The notes: a model not told the origin generated them from the sequence alone. A stretch of 64,000 nucleotides of DNA from Polyangiales bacterium (GCA_038231275.1 JBBRLQ010000010.1:181993-245992); one strand, 5' to 3'; shown: positions 28,062 to 41,505, numbered from the stretch's first letter. Numbers and translations are program-made.

Positions 28062-30308
28062 CTAGGCGCGGGGCCCGATCGTGTTGCGGCGGATCAGCTC
28101 GTCGAAGATCTCGGTCGCCGGTCGCGCCTGGCGCATGGGGCGCGCTTCGCCGAGGAAGGGCCACACCGCGTCGCGGACTTCGTCGGGCAGGACGTTCTCG
28201 AGGTACTCGAGCGCGGTGCCTCGGAGGCTCTCGTCCTCCTGGTGCAGCGCCTTGAACGCGAGTCGGAGCGGCTCGCGGTCGAGGTGGAGCGACAAGATCG
28301 TGAAGACGTGCTCGAGGCTGCGATGAACGCGATCACGGAGGAGGCGATCGATCAACGCCGGGCGGTCGTCGTCGTCCTCGTCGAAATCGGACTGCGTCTC
28401 CCAGACCTCGCTGCTCATCGCGACCTCGCGCTTCACGGCCACGAGGACGGCGTCCAACGGCACCTTCACGTCGGGCGCCGACTCCGTCACGCGCAGCAGA
28501 GCGCGGCCGCACTCGTAGCGGACCTCGAAGCGATGGTCCTCGAGGCCGCGGAGGAGCCCGTCGGCGGCGCGCTGCGTGGCGCAACGCGACAGCACGCGGG
28601 GGAGGCGGCGACGAACGACGAACTCAGTCTTCGCCGAGAGCAGCACGTCGAGGAGCTGGCCGGTGACGTCGGCGACGACCGCAATGAGCGAGCGCATCGC
28701 CTCCGTGTAGTGCTCGTTCTGCGAGAGCAGCGGGACGACGTGCGGCACGAGCGCGGCGTCCAGCGGTTGATTCTTGGCGATCGCGGCCCGGACGCGCTCC
28801 GGCGCACCCGACCGGAGGTCGCGGATCGCGTCCACCATCGCGCCGATCTCCGCCGACGGCTCTCGCTCCGCAGGCGGCGGCTGAGCCGCGACGACCGCGA
28901 GCCGCTGCGAGTGGAGCCCCGCGCCGTCCTCGAGCGTCTCGATCACCTTCTCCGGATCGATCGCGTCGGCCGCCGCCGTCGCCTTGCTCGTCATCAGCTT
29001 GCGTGTCGCGTGATCGACGATGTCGTCGGGATCCAGCTTGATCGAGCCGAGCTTGAGGCTCTCTTCGAGCGCCCCGACGTAGCCTCGGTGCAGGGGTCGC
29101 GAGCGCGCCAGGGTCAAGAACGACGCCGCGATGCCGATCACGAGGAGCACCAGCGACGCCTTCTGCGGAACGAACCGGAGCGCGAGGAAGACGATGGCGC
29201 TGCCCACGACGGTTCCGGCGCGATCGAAGGCGACGTCGATGATCGTCTTCGTCGCGCGCTTCTTCTCCTCGGGCAGCGGCGTATAGAGGAGCTCGTACGC
29301 GGAGCGGAAGAGTGAGTTTCGCTGCACGGCCTCGGCGCCGCGCAGGAGCGACGAGCTCAGGAGCCCCGGCACCGCGAGGCCGACGGCTCCGCCGAGGACG
29401 ACGACGCCGGGCAGGAGCGCGACGGTCACCGCGAGGCCGAGCTTCTCCAGCGCGAGCTTGCCGAGGAGGGCCTGCAGCAGGAACGAGAGCACGCTCACCG
29501 CGAGCCAAAAAAAGCCAAAAAATGCGAGCAGCGCCGGTCCGCGGCCCACATGCGCCGTCGCCTGCGCGCTGAACACGAAGTCGAGGAGGGACGAGGTCAC
29601 CGCGCCGAGCGCCACGAGGAGCGAGAGCGTGCGCAAGTACGGCGCGTCACGGAAGACCTGAAAGGGCGACGGGTTGGTCGGCTCTGTCGCGACCCCGACG
29701 GCCGCATCCGCCTCCTTCTTCTCCGCGCGAGGCGTTTGGGGCGCGCTCAGCATGAGCGTGCCCGCGAGGCAGATCGTGCTGGTCCCCGCGAGCACGAGCA
29801 GCATCGTCGGCACCGCGACGAACTGCGCCCCTCGCCACGCCACGAGGCTCCCCAGGACGCCGCCGAGCGTCCCGCCGCTCGCGACGCGACTCACCGCACG
29901 CCGCGCCGTGTGCGGGTCGAAGCGCTCGTTCATGAGCGACCAGAAGCTCGAGATGAGCGCGGGCCCGAAGACCGCTGTATGCAAATAGACGGTGACGGCC
30001 GCGACGCCGGGCGACGCGAACCCCACGAGCCACTCACCGACGAGCGCGATCGCGTTCACGCCGAAAAGGATCGGAACCACACGCGCGGGCGCGTAGCGCG
30101 TGATGATCCGCGAGAGCCACAACACGGTGATGAGCGACAAGACCGCCGCCGCCGCCATCATGCTCGGCAGCCAGCGCACGTCGAACTGGGTCAGGAACAG
30201 AGCGTCGCGCACGGCCTTACCGGCCACTTGCTGCGCGATCATCGCTCCTGACGCGGCGGTCGCGGCGTAGACGCCCGGCGCTTCACCGCGAAGGGGACTC
30301 GCCGCCAT
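28062..30308 (-). CDS. Npt/TLC-like MFS transporter fused to a HEAT-repeat domain
   Basis: GKAVRDALFL, FWSLMNERFD..ARR, ELLYTPLP..KRATK..ID; C-terminal HEAT-like repeats (RFEVRYEC, RGTALEYLEN). Confidence 0.82.
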   Translation of the reverse strand: MAASPLRGEAPGVYAATAASGAMIAQQVAGKAVRDALFLTQFDVRWLPSMMAAAAVLSLITVLWLSRIITRYAPARVVPILFGVNAIALVGEWLVGFASPGVAAVTVYLHTAVFGPALISSFWSLMNERFDPHTARRAVSRVASGGTLGGVLGSLVAWRGAQFVAVPTMLLVLAGTSTICLAGTLMLSAPQTPRAEKKEADAAVGVATEPTNPSPFQVFRDAPYLRTLSLLVALGAVTSSLLDFVFSAQATAHVGRGPALLAFFGFFWLAVSVLSFLLQALLGKLALEKLGLAVTVALLPGVVVLGGAVGLAVPGLLSSSLLRGAEAVQRNSLFRSAYELLYTPLPEEKKRATKTIIDVAFDRAGTVVGSAIVFLALRFVPQKASLVLLVIGIAASFLTLARSRPLHRGYVGALEESLKLGSIKLDPDDIVDHATRKLMTSKATAAADAIDPEKVIETLEDGAGLHSQRLAVVAAQPPPAEREPSAEIGAMVDAIRDLRSGAPERVRAAIAKNQPLDAALVPHVVPLLSQNEHYTEAMRSLIAVVADVTGQLLDVLLSAKTEFVVRRRLPRVLSRCATQRAADGLLRGLEDHRFEVRYECGRALLRVTESAPDVKVPLDAVLVAVKREVAMSSEVWETQSDFDEDDDDRPALIDRLLRDRVHRSLEHVFTILSLHLDREPLRLAFKALHQEDESLRGTALEYLENVLPDEVRDAVWPFLGEARPMRQARPATEIFDELIRRNTIGPRA

Positions 30309-30404
30309 GATTCAGGACTTCGAGCTCAAGGGATCTCGTCGAAGGAGACCCCCGCCACTCGCCGAACGCAAGGCGCGTAACGCCTTGGTCCGGCGCACGT
30401 CGCT

Positions 30405-30482
30405 TCAGCAGTGGTTCAAGAGAAACCAGCCGGCGATGAGAATGGGGGGAACGCCAACGAGCCATGCAAGACCGTATTTCAT
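30405..30482 (-). CDS. 25-aa single-TM microprotein MKYGLAWLVGVPPILIAGWFLLNHC
   Basis: SD AGGAG 7 nt before ATG; fully hydrophobic core; downstream of box 30553-30566; not in ORF track. Confidence 0.7.
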   Translation of the reverse strand: MKYGLAWLVGVPPILIAGWFLLNHC

Positions 30483-30552
30483 GGGATTTCTCCTGTCTTT
30501 TTTTCGGTTGAGTGACGAAGCACGCGCTCCATCGAACGCGTCGAGGGTGATT

Positions 30553-30566
30553 GCAAGCGGCGCGCC
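30553..30566 (-). promoter_or_regulatory. sigma-54 -24/-12 box
   Basis: AGGCGCGCCGCTTGCA. Confidence 0.65.
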
Positions 30567-30761
30567 TTCCTATGTTTCTTGCCGAGGTCCGTGGCGCGCC
30601 TTCGGCCGCCACTAGAGGCGGGACGGTCACACGCGAGAGCGCGAAACGCGACCGCGCGACGAGAGAGCGGAGCTGCACGTCGCGCGCGATTGTGGCGACC
30701 ATCCGTGCGCGACCGTGGCGTCTGCGTACCTCGGCAACCTGTTCTGCACGTGTAGGGCGTT

Positions 30762-30775
30762 GGCTCGCATGTTGC
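30762..30775 (+). promoter_or_regulatory. sigma-54 -24/-12 box
   Basis: TGGCTCGCATGTTGCT. Confidence 0.7.
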
Positions 30776-30812
30776 TCGACGTCGCTCGTCGCAACGCGCG
30801 AGGAGAAACCCC

Positions 30813-31235
30813 ATGAACAGCAGAACCATTCTCATCGTCGTCACGAGCGCGGCCGCACTCGTCGCGTGCGGCGAGGGCCCCGCGCCGCGCGCGCGTAGCG
30901 CGACCACACAGACGACCTCCGCGTCGTCGGACGACGTCGGCTCGATGAGCCCCACCCCGGCCACGGGCGCCGTGTCGGGCCCTGCCGACGTCATGCGACC
31001 AGACCCGGGACGCACGACGTTCGAGCGACGCATCACCGCGGACATCCAGCGTCGGCTCCTCACGGACGACGCGCTGTCGGCGACCGCGAAGAACGTGGAG
31101 ATCGTCACGGTGGGTCGGAAGGTCTACCTGCGCGGCGAAGTGAGGACGGAAGAAGAAAAAGCGAGGATCGAAGGCCACGTGCGCAGCGCCATGGGCGTCA
31201 CCGAGGTCGACGATCGACTCGAAGTCGTGAAGTGA
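30813..31235 (+). CDS. BON-domain lipoprotein
   Basis: lipobox LVAC; NVEIVT..KVYLRGEV..GVTEVDDRLEV; SD GAGGAG. Confidence 0.88.
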   Translation: MNSRTILIVVTSAAALVACGEGPAPRARSATTQTTSASSDDVGSMSPTPATGAVSGPADVMRPDPGRTTFERRITADIQRRLLTDDALSATAKNVEIVTVGRKVYLRGEVRTEEEKARIEGHVRSAMGVTEVDDRLEVVK

Positions 31236-31267
31236 ACGAACAGAAAAAAAGGAAAAGAGGAGAGATC

Positions 31268-31813
31268 ATGAAAAAGGCAGTGATGTGCATCGTGCAGAAC
31301 CAGAGCCAGGCCGAGACGGTCGTGACGAAGCTCCACAGCGCGGGCTTCTCGAACAACGACATCTCCGTGCTCTTCCCCAACAAGCGCGGGACCATGGACT
31401 TCGCGCACGAACACAACACCAAGGCGCCCGAGGGCGCGGTGGCGGGCGCGGGGACCGGCGGCGTCCTCGGTGGCGGTCTCGGATTGCTCGCGGGCCTCGG
31501 CGCGCTGGCGATCCCGGGCGTCGGCCCGCTGATCGCGGCGGGTCCGCTCCTTGCGGCGCTCAGCGGCGCGGCAGCGGGCGCTGCGGTCGGCGGCATCGCC
31601 GGCGCGCTCGTCGGCATGGGCATCCCGGAGATCGAGGCCAAGCGCTACGAGGGCAAGGTGCACGGCGGCAACCTCCTCATCTCGGTGCACACCGAGTCGG
31701 CGGACCAGCGCAAGGTCGCGGAGGACATCTTCAAGTCCGTTAGCGCGGAGGACATCTGCTCGACGACCGAGGCGAGCGTTCCGAAGGCGGCGGCGTCGCA
31801 CCCGCGGATGTAG
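31268..31813 (+). CDS. general stress protein with glycine zipper (YflT/17M- or DUF3341-like)
   Basis: GF...DISVL, GAGTGG..GG.LG.LAG..IPG.GP.IAAGP, GIPE.EAKRYE. Confidence 0.8.
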   Translation: MKKAVMCIVQNQSQAETVVTKLHSAGFSNNDISVLFPNKRGTMDFAHEHNTKAPEGAVAGAGTGGVLGGGLGLLAGLGALAIPGVGPLIAAGPLLAALSGAAAGAAVGGIAGALVGMGIPEIEAKRYEGKVHGGNLLISVHTESADQRKVAEDIFKSVSAEDICSTTEASVPKAAASHPRM

Positions 31814-31835
31814 AAAGAAATCGATCTGTAACGAA

Positions 31836-31935
31836 AGAGGCCTCGCGACGGTTCAAAACTGGACCGCGCGAGGCCTCTGCATTGGCGGTGAGCTCACCGC
31901 CTGAGTCGAGTGTGCGAGCGAGGCGCATCTGCGCC
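31836..31935. other. array of inverted repeats (hairpins/palindromes)
   Basis: AGAGGCCTCGCG..CGCGAGGCCTCT (31836-31878); GGCGGTGAGCTCACCGCC (31884-31901); GGCGCA-TC-TGCGCC (31922-31935). Confidence 0.75.
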
Positions 31936-31978
31936 AATCCAACCGCGCCGACCGCGCGGACGAAAGAGAAGGAATCCC

Positions 31979-32218
31979 ATGAGCAAGAAGAACGGCACCG
32001 CCAAGAACGAAAAGTCGCCGACCGTCGAAGGCGAAGGCAGCTACACCGCCACGCACCACTACAACGATGGGCTCGCGAAATCGATCCGCGAGGGACGCTC
32101 CGAGGAGCTCGCAGACGCCGCAAAAAAGGCGCTGGAGGGCCCGGAGGGGCCTTCGCTTCGCGAAGCCGAGAAGGTCGGCAAGAGCGGCCACCCCAAGCAA
32201 GGAAAGCAGAGCCGCTGA
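31979..32218 (+). CDS. small hydrophilic protein, 79 aa (VEGEGSYTA..Y motif)
   Basis: SD GAAGGA; protein-like composition. Confidence 0.75.
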   Translation: MSKKNGTAKNEKSPTVEGEGSYTATHHYNDGLAKSIREGRSEELADAAKKALEGPEGPSLREAEKVGKSGHPKQGKQSR

Positions 32219-32232
32219 AACGACTGCGAGCC

Positions 32233-32246
32233 GGCATGCGCGATGC
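32233..32246 (+). promoter_or_regulatory. sigma-54 -24/-12 box
   Basis: CGGCATGCGCGATGCA. Confidence 0.55.
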
Positions 32247-32266
32247 ACATGTGTCGAGCAACGACC

Positions 32267-33331
32267 ATGAGCCCCTTTCTTCCCGAACCTGACCTCGGTG
32301 TAGCGCCCCTCGTCGCAGGGAAATACCGCCTCGTGCGCCGGCTCGGCGTTGGCGGAATGGGCGCAGTCTGGGCCGCACGCAACGACGCGACCGGCGCCGA
32401 GGTCGCGCTCAAGGTCCTGCTCGCCTCCGACGCCAGCGAAGATCTGGTCGAGCGTCTGCGACGTGAAGCGTATGCAACGGCTCGCCTCTCGCATCGCAGC
32501 ATCGTCCGCGTCTACGATCTGATCGACTTCGGCGAGGCCGGCGATCAAGTCGCGATCGTCATGGAGCTCCTCCACGGTCGCACGCTCGCCGATCACCTGA
32601 AGGATCGGGGAAAGCTCCCGCTCGAAGAGGTCGTCGCGATCGCGCTCCCGATCCTCGGCGCCGTCGAGCACGCGCACAGGCACGGCGTCGTACATCGAGA
32701 CCTGAAGCCGGAGAACGTCTTCCTCGCGGTCGATCCCGACGGGATCGTCACGCCGAAGATCCTCGACTTCGGCATCAGCAAGCTCCGCGTAGCTCCGCGG
32801 AGGCCGGCGATCACGCAGGACGGCGAGCTCCTCGGTACGCCGAGCTACATGTCCCCCGAGCAGGTGCGCGGCACCGATCTGGACGGCCGCAGCGATCTCT
32901 TCAACGTCGGGATCCTCCTCTACGAGATGCTCACGGGGCACAACCCGTTCTTGGGGCACGGGCTCCACGGGATCTTGCTCTCGATCCTCGAGGAGGAGCC
33001 GAAGCGCGTCGCCGGGGTGCCGACGGCTGTGTGGCGTGTCATCGAGCGCGCGCTCCAGAAGGACCCTGAGCGTCGCTTCGCGTCGGCCGACGAGCTCGCG
33101 ACCGCCCTCCGCCGTGCGATCGCCGCGCCGAAGCGGTCCTCTCGAGCTCCTTCCGCGGCACCTCCTCGGAGGTGGCCGATCGTCGCGAGCGCGGTCGGCA
33201 TGTTCGTGGTCGCCGCGACGGTCGCGGCCGCGTTCGCCGCTAGCACCGTTGGAGTCGCGTCGCGAACGGCCGCCTCGTCGCCGGCGAGCCCGGTGCAGGC
33301 GCAGCTCATCGTGCGTCATCCGGGATTTTGA
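32267..33331 (+). CDS. Hanks-type Ser/Thr protein kinase with C-terminal TM segment
   Basis: GVGGMG, VALK, HRDLKPEN, DFG, GTPSYMSPEQ. Confidence 0.93.
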   Translation: MSPFLPEPDLGVAPLVAGKYRLVRRLGVGGMGAVWAARNDATGAEVALKVLLASDASEDLVERLRREAYATARLSHRSIVRVYDLIDFGEAGDQVAIVMELLHGRTLADHLKDRGKLPLEEVVAIALPILGAVEHAHRHGVVHRDLKPENVFLAVDPDGIVTPKILDFGISKLRVAPRRPAITQDGELLGTPSYMSPEQVRGTDLDGRSDLFNVGILLYEMLTGHNPFLGHGLHGILLSILEEEPKRVAGVPTAVWRVIERALQKDPERRFASADELATALRRAIAAPKRSSRAPSAAPPRRWPIVASAVGMFVVAATVAAAFAASTVGVASRTAASSPASPVQAQLIVRHPGF

Positions 33332-33347
33332 GAAAGGAGAAGCGGTC

Positions 33348-34256
33348 ATGATCGGCAAACGACTCACCCTCTTCGCCGCGGTCGGCCTTCTCGGCGCCTG
33401 CCGTTTCGCTGGGCCCGAGGAGCTCGTCGGCAAGGTCGACACCCACGCGGACGCGGGCGGGGGCGGGGGCGGGGGCGGGGGCGCGACAGGAGCGCCCGAA
33501 GAGCTGCCGTCGGCGACCCGTCTCCACACATCGACGTGCAGCACGCCCCCGCCGGGTGATGCGTCGGTCATGGTCGACGTCCCCGAGGGCGAGTTCGGCA
33601 TGGGCTGCAACTCAGAAGTCGATACCGAGTGCAAGGACGACGAGAAGCCCGCGCACGCCGTGTCCATCAAGGCGTTCAAGCTCGAGGCGACCGAGGTCAC
33701 CCAGGGGCAATACTACGCGTGCGTGATGGCCGGAGCCTGCCTCGCCCCGACGTGCGACTGGGATCCGTGCGGCGCGCGGGCCACGCACCCGGTCGTGTGC
33801 GTGAACCGCGTAGACGCCATTGCATACTGCAAGTATGCGGGCAAGCGGCTGCCCACCGAGGCCGAATGGGAGAAGGCCGCGCGCGGTCCGAAGGAGTCGA
33901 AGTTTCCGTGGGGCGACGACCCCGCCGACTGCTCGCACGCCAACCTCGCGGGATGCGTGGGCGGAACCGAGCCCGTCGGCAGCCACCCCATCGGCGCCAG
34001 TATGTACGGCGCGCTCGACATGGCCGGCAACGTCGTCGAGTGGGTGAGCGACGTCTACGATCCCAACTACTACAGCGTCGCTCCCCTCGCCGATCCGACG
34101 GGCCCGGCGCCCACCCCCAAGCTGGAGTCGTTCGTCGGACGCGGCGGCGGCTGGAACAGCACGGCGGTCTGGCATCGCGCCAGCGCCCGTGACGACTACG
34201 AGGGCACGTACTTCAAGAAGACGTTCGGGCTCCGTTGCGCGGTCTCCGCTCCGTAG
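33348..34256 (+). CDS. FGE-sulfatase (SUMF1/PvdO-like) domain lipoprotein
   Basis: lipobox LGAC; F.MG, TEVT, RLPTEAEWEKAARG, DMAGNV.EW, RGG.W, GLRC. Confidence 0.9.
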   Translation: MIGKRLTLFAAVGLLGACRFAGPEELVGKVDTHADAGGGGGGGGGATGAPEELPSATRLHTSTCSTPPPGDASVMVDVPEGEFGMGCNSEVDTECKDDEKPAHAVSIKAFKLEATEVTQGQYYACVMAGACLAPTCDWDPCGARATHPVVCVNRVDAIAYCKYAGKRLPTEAEWEKAARGPKESKFPWGDDPADCSHANLAGCVGGTEPVGSHPIGASMYGALDMAGNVVEWVSDVYDPNYYSVAPLADPTGPAPTPKLESFVGRGGGWNSTAVWHRASARDDYEGTYFKKTFGLRCAVSAP

Positions 34257-34285
34257 CTCTCTCCTCTCGAAGGGACTCGAAAAAT

Positions 34286-34624
34286 ATGAATCACTCGTTC
34301 GCTGATCGTGTCGTTTGCATCACCAACCCCACCGGCCTCGGACTTCTGCTCGCGAGTCAGCTCGCAGGGGCTGGTGCACGCATCGTCATCTCGACCCCCG
34401 ACGTCGACGAGCTCGCGAGGGCTCACGAAGAGCTGACGCGCCGCGGGGTGGACGTGCTCGCGTACCCGTGCGACGCCACGAAGGAGAGCGGCATGCGCGA
34501 GCTCGTCGGCGTCGCGCTTCGCTGGTTCGGGCGGGTCGACGCGGTGGTCGATGTCTCGCTGCGAGGTCTAGCCAGCCGGCCGCTCGTAGACGGCGTACGG
34601 TTCGACGCGAAAAAATCGGAGTGA
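34286..34624 (+). pseudogene. N-terminal fragment of a short-chain dehydrogenase (Rossmann part only)
   Basis: VVCITNPTGLG..A..LA..GA, CDAT, FGRVDAVV; ends before NAG and YxxxK. Confidence 0.6.
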
Positions 34625-34638
34625 GCGCGGTCGCGAGC

Positions 34639-35082
34639 TCATTCGGCGGCTCTTTCTCCCGGGTGCCGCCCGGCGAGCTCCGCGACGACGGCGATGAGCT
34701 CGCGCGGCTCGACCGGCTTCACCAGGTGTCGTTGGTAGCCCGCGTCCCGAGCGGCCCGCACGTCCCGAGCGGCGGCGTACGCCGTGAGCGCGATTGCCGG
34801 CGTCGCTCCGCCCTCGTCCTCGGGTAGCGCGCGAATCTCGCGGACCAGGGCGTAGCCGTCCACGACCGGGAGGCCGATGTCGCTCACGAGCACCGTCGGC
34901 CGCCCATCGCGGAACATCGCGAGGGCCTCCATCGCGGATGCCGCGACCTCCACCGTCGCGCCGGCAGGTCGAAGCACCTCCGCGAGGAGTTCGCGCGCGT
35001 CGTCGTCGTCGTCGCACACGAGGACGCGTAGGCCCTCGAGGGGACGCGTGGTCGCGTCCGCGCTCGAGGGCTCATCGGGCAT
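34639..35082 (-). CDS. stand-alone receiver (resembles a hybrid-kinase C-terminus)
   Basis: LEGLRVLVCDDDDD, SDIGLP, IALTAY, HLVKP. Confidence 0.9.
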   Translation of the reverse strand: MPDEPSSADATTRPLEGLRVLVCDDDDDARELLAEVLRPAGATVEVAASAMEALAMFRDGRPTVLVSDIGLPVVDGYALVREIRALPEDEGGATPAIALTAYAAARDVRAARDAGYQRHLVKPVEPRELIAVVAELAGRHPGERAAE

Positions 35083-35542
35083 CGGAGGCTCCGACTGGGT
35101 CGTGTCGATGCCTACCGCGCGGATCGGCCTCGACCTCGCCTTCGAGCGTGCCCGCGCGCTGCTGGAGCCGTTCGATCTGGCGTGAGCGGTCATCGTCGCG
35201 CTCGAGTGCCGAATACGCCCCCGCCGGGAGCACTCGGGAGTGCGCGTCGCAGATCCCCGCGAAATGGGCCCCGTCGGAGGGGTGCGGGAAGCTGCCGCGC
35301 TCGTAGGCGCACATGAGCGAGAGCGAGCGGGCACCGACGAGCTCGTTCCACATCTCCTCGAGCCGCAGCGCCGCATCGGGGCGCCCGCGCTTGCAGAGCA
35401 CGTCGACCATCTCGCCGAACGCGCCCGCCGTCGGTGCTGCGCGACCGTCGTCCGCGTCGCCGGCGAAGGCCGCGCTCTCGTACAGCTGCACGACGTGCGC
35501 GCCGGCGCGCGTGTGGCAATTGGAGACGCTCTGTGGCGTCAT
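35072..35542 (-). CDS. MEDS-domain protein, internally shortened (possible pseudogene)
   Basis: HVVQLYE, AFGEMVDVL, AALRLEEMWNEL, LMCAY, IC.AHS.V.P motifs. Confidence 0.65.
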   Translation of the reverse strand: MTPQSVSNCHTRAGAHVVQLYESAAFAGDADDGRAAPTAGAFGEMVDVLCKRGRPDAALRLEEMWNELVGARSLSLMCAYERGSFPHPSDGAHFAGICDAHSRVLPAGAYSALERDDDRSRQIERLQQRAGTLEGEVEADPRGRHRHDPVGASDAR

Positions 35543-35792
35543 TGTGGCGCCCGAATGGTCGGGAAGGACAGCAGACTCGCTCGATTGGGCCACGACGGGA
35601 TCTCCACCTGCACGTCCGGCGCCAGCTGACGAGAGCTTCGCGCTCCGTTGGCGTACTGGTGCGGACGTAGACGCCACGCGACCGCAACGTTGCCACGCGC
35701 CACGGCCGGGTGTGGCGTCCTTGACCAGGGCGACTGCTTTTCGACCGCACGAAGTCGCGGTGAACCGTGGCGGGAACGGCGTTCAGCTGGTC

Positions 35793-35806
35793 GGCACGCG
35801 GGCTGC
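35793..35806 (+). promoter_or_regulatory. sigma-54 -24/-12 box
   Basis: CGGCACGCGGGCTGCT. Confidence 0.6.
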
Positions 35807-35889
35807 TATTGCCGAGGCCGAGGACCCACCACAACCCGGCCGCACCCAACGTTGCAGTTGCGACGCTGCGCGGCCGTCGCCAGGAGCCG

Positions 35890-39957
<4,068 letters not shown>

Positions 39958-40609
39958 GCGCGCTCACCCAGGCCGCCGCCGCGAGGAAGCCGCCAAGCAC
40001 GTCCGACGGATAGTGCGCGCCGAAATAGACCCGCGAGAGTCCGACGCCGAGGACCAGGGTGCTGCCCAAGACCGTGACTCCCCAACGCACCGGTCGCGGC
40101 AGCTGGAGCACGTGCGCGACGACGATGAGGCAGCCGACTACGCCGGTGGTCCCCATCGTATGGCCGCTGGGGAACGACATCGACGTCGGGGTCGGGAGCA
40201 GGTACTCGAGGTCTACGCCGGGCCGCGCGCGATGGAAGGCGGCCTTCAAGAGGACGTTCAACGCGAGCGATCCGCTCGCGCCGATGAACAGGAAACGCGC
40301 CTCGCGCCTGCGACCCACGAGCGCGAGCGCCGCCAGCGACGCCGTGGCGACGAGGCCCATCGACAGGAGGTCTCCTGCTTGCGTGAAGCCGAGCATTGCC
40401 CCGTCGACGGACCCGCGCCACGCGCCGATGGCGTGCTCGACACCTAGATCGAGCGCGTCCACCTCGCCCTCGGTCATCTCTCGCGCGAGTCGCGCGAAGC
40501 AGATGGCCGAGCCGATCGACAGCGGGATGCTCCAGTGGTGCCGACGCCATAGCCGAACCAGCAGGAGCGCCGCTCGCGACGTCGCGAGGCTCATCTTTGG
40601 CGCTCTCCC

Positions 40610-41128
40610 TTAGTCGCCGGAAGCGTCGCTGGCGCCATCGGTGCCGGCATCGCCGCCAGGAACGCACGCGAAGCCGGTCTCCGCGCAGCTCGGCGTGTCG
40701 AACGTCGCCGGCCCGGCGCCGCAGACGTACCCGCCGACCAGCGACGAGCCGAAACGGACGACGGCGACGAGGTTCCCGTTCGCATGATCGTAGTAATAGC
40801 TCGTGACGGTGTCGATGCCGCGCGCCTCGGCGACGTCGTAGCCGCCGCAGGTCGAAGAGGTCACCTTCACGAAGCACCCTTGCGCTGCGCAGCAGGACGC
40901 CGCGCGCGCCGACGCGAAGGTCGGGTACGGGCAATCGGCCGAGCCGGGGCTGGCGCAGAGGTCGGCCGTCGTGCGCGTGCACGTAACCGTGACGCCGGCG
41001 TCGCCGGTCGGGGCGTCACCGACCGTCGCGTCGGAGGAACCGCTGTCCGTGGTCGAGCTGGTCGACGAGCTCGAGCTGCAGGCGATCGCGGCGAGGGGGA
41101 GGAGCGAATAAATCAGTGAAAGCTTCAT
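40610..41128 (-). CDS. Cys-rich lipoprotein of unknown function
   Basis: lipobox AIAC; Ser/Thr/DAG linkers; about 10 further Cys. Confidence 0.75.
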   Translation of the reverse strand: MKLSLIYSLLPLAAIACSSSSSTSSTTDSGSSDATVGDAPTGDAGVTVTCTRTTADLCASPGSADCPYPTFASARAASCCAAQGCFVKVTSSTCGGYDVAEARGIDTVTSYYYDHANGNLVAVVRFGSSLVGGYVCGAGPATFDTPSCAETGFACVPGGDAGTDGASDASGD

Positions 41129-41141
41129 GTCCCCTCGCAGA

Positions 41142-41155
41142 GCGAATCGCGTGCC
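41142..41155 (-). promoter_or_regulatory. sigma-54 -24/-12 box
   Basis: TGGCACGCGATTCGCT. Confidence 0.6.
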
Positions 41156-41250
41156 AGCGGCGGTTGCGCGAAATCGTTGGTCATCTTAGGGCGCGTGGTT
41201 GCCACACCGTGGCGGCGCCGTCCGTGCGTGCCGTGGCGACACCACACGCT

Positions 41251-41505
41251 TCAACGCGTCGAGAAGCGGCGGTGCGCAAACTCCCGACGATCACGGTCGG
41301 GCTCGTCGAGCGGCATCCGGCTCATGCGGCGCAGCATGTACGCGCCCCACGCGCGGTCGATCAGAAAGAAGAGGATCGACGCGGCGAATAGCGACCCGGC
41401 GATCAACTGCGCCATATGGGCGAACGCCGGGTCGGAGACCAGGACGAAGCCGAACAGTGCCGACGCGAGCGTGCCCAGGAAGAGCGCGATGGAAAGGTAG
41501 AGCAT
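41251..41505 (-). CDS. divergent DUF1328-like small membrane protein
   Basis: MLYLSIALFLGTLASALFGF..A..AQLI; SD/start context AAGGAGAAT..ATGCTxTAC as in 4374..4538. Confidence 0.65.
   Translation of the reverse strand: MLYLSIALFLGTLASALFGFVLVSDPAFAHMAQLIAGSLFAASILFFLIDRAWGAYMLRRMSRMPLDEPDRDRREFAHRRFSTR

Noticed and set aside
30309..30545. Long leader of the Npt-HEAT gene as a riboswitch
   Set aside because: No recognisable aptamer motif; better explained by the 25-aa microprotein.
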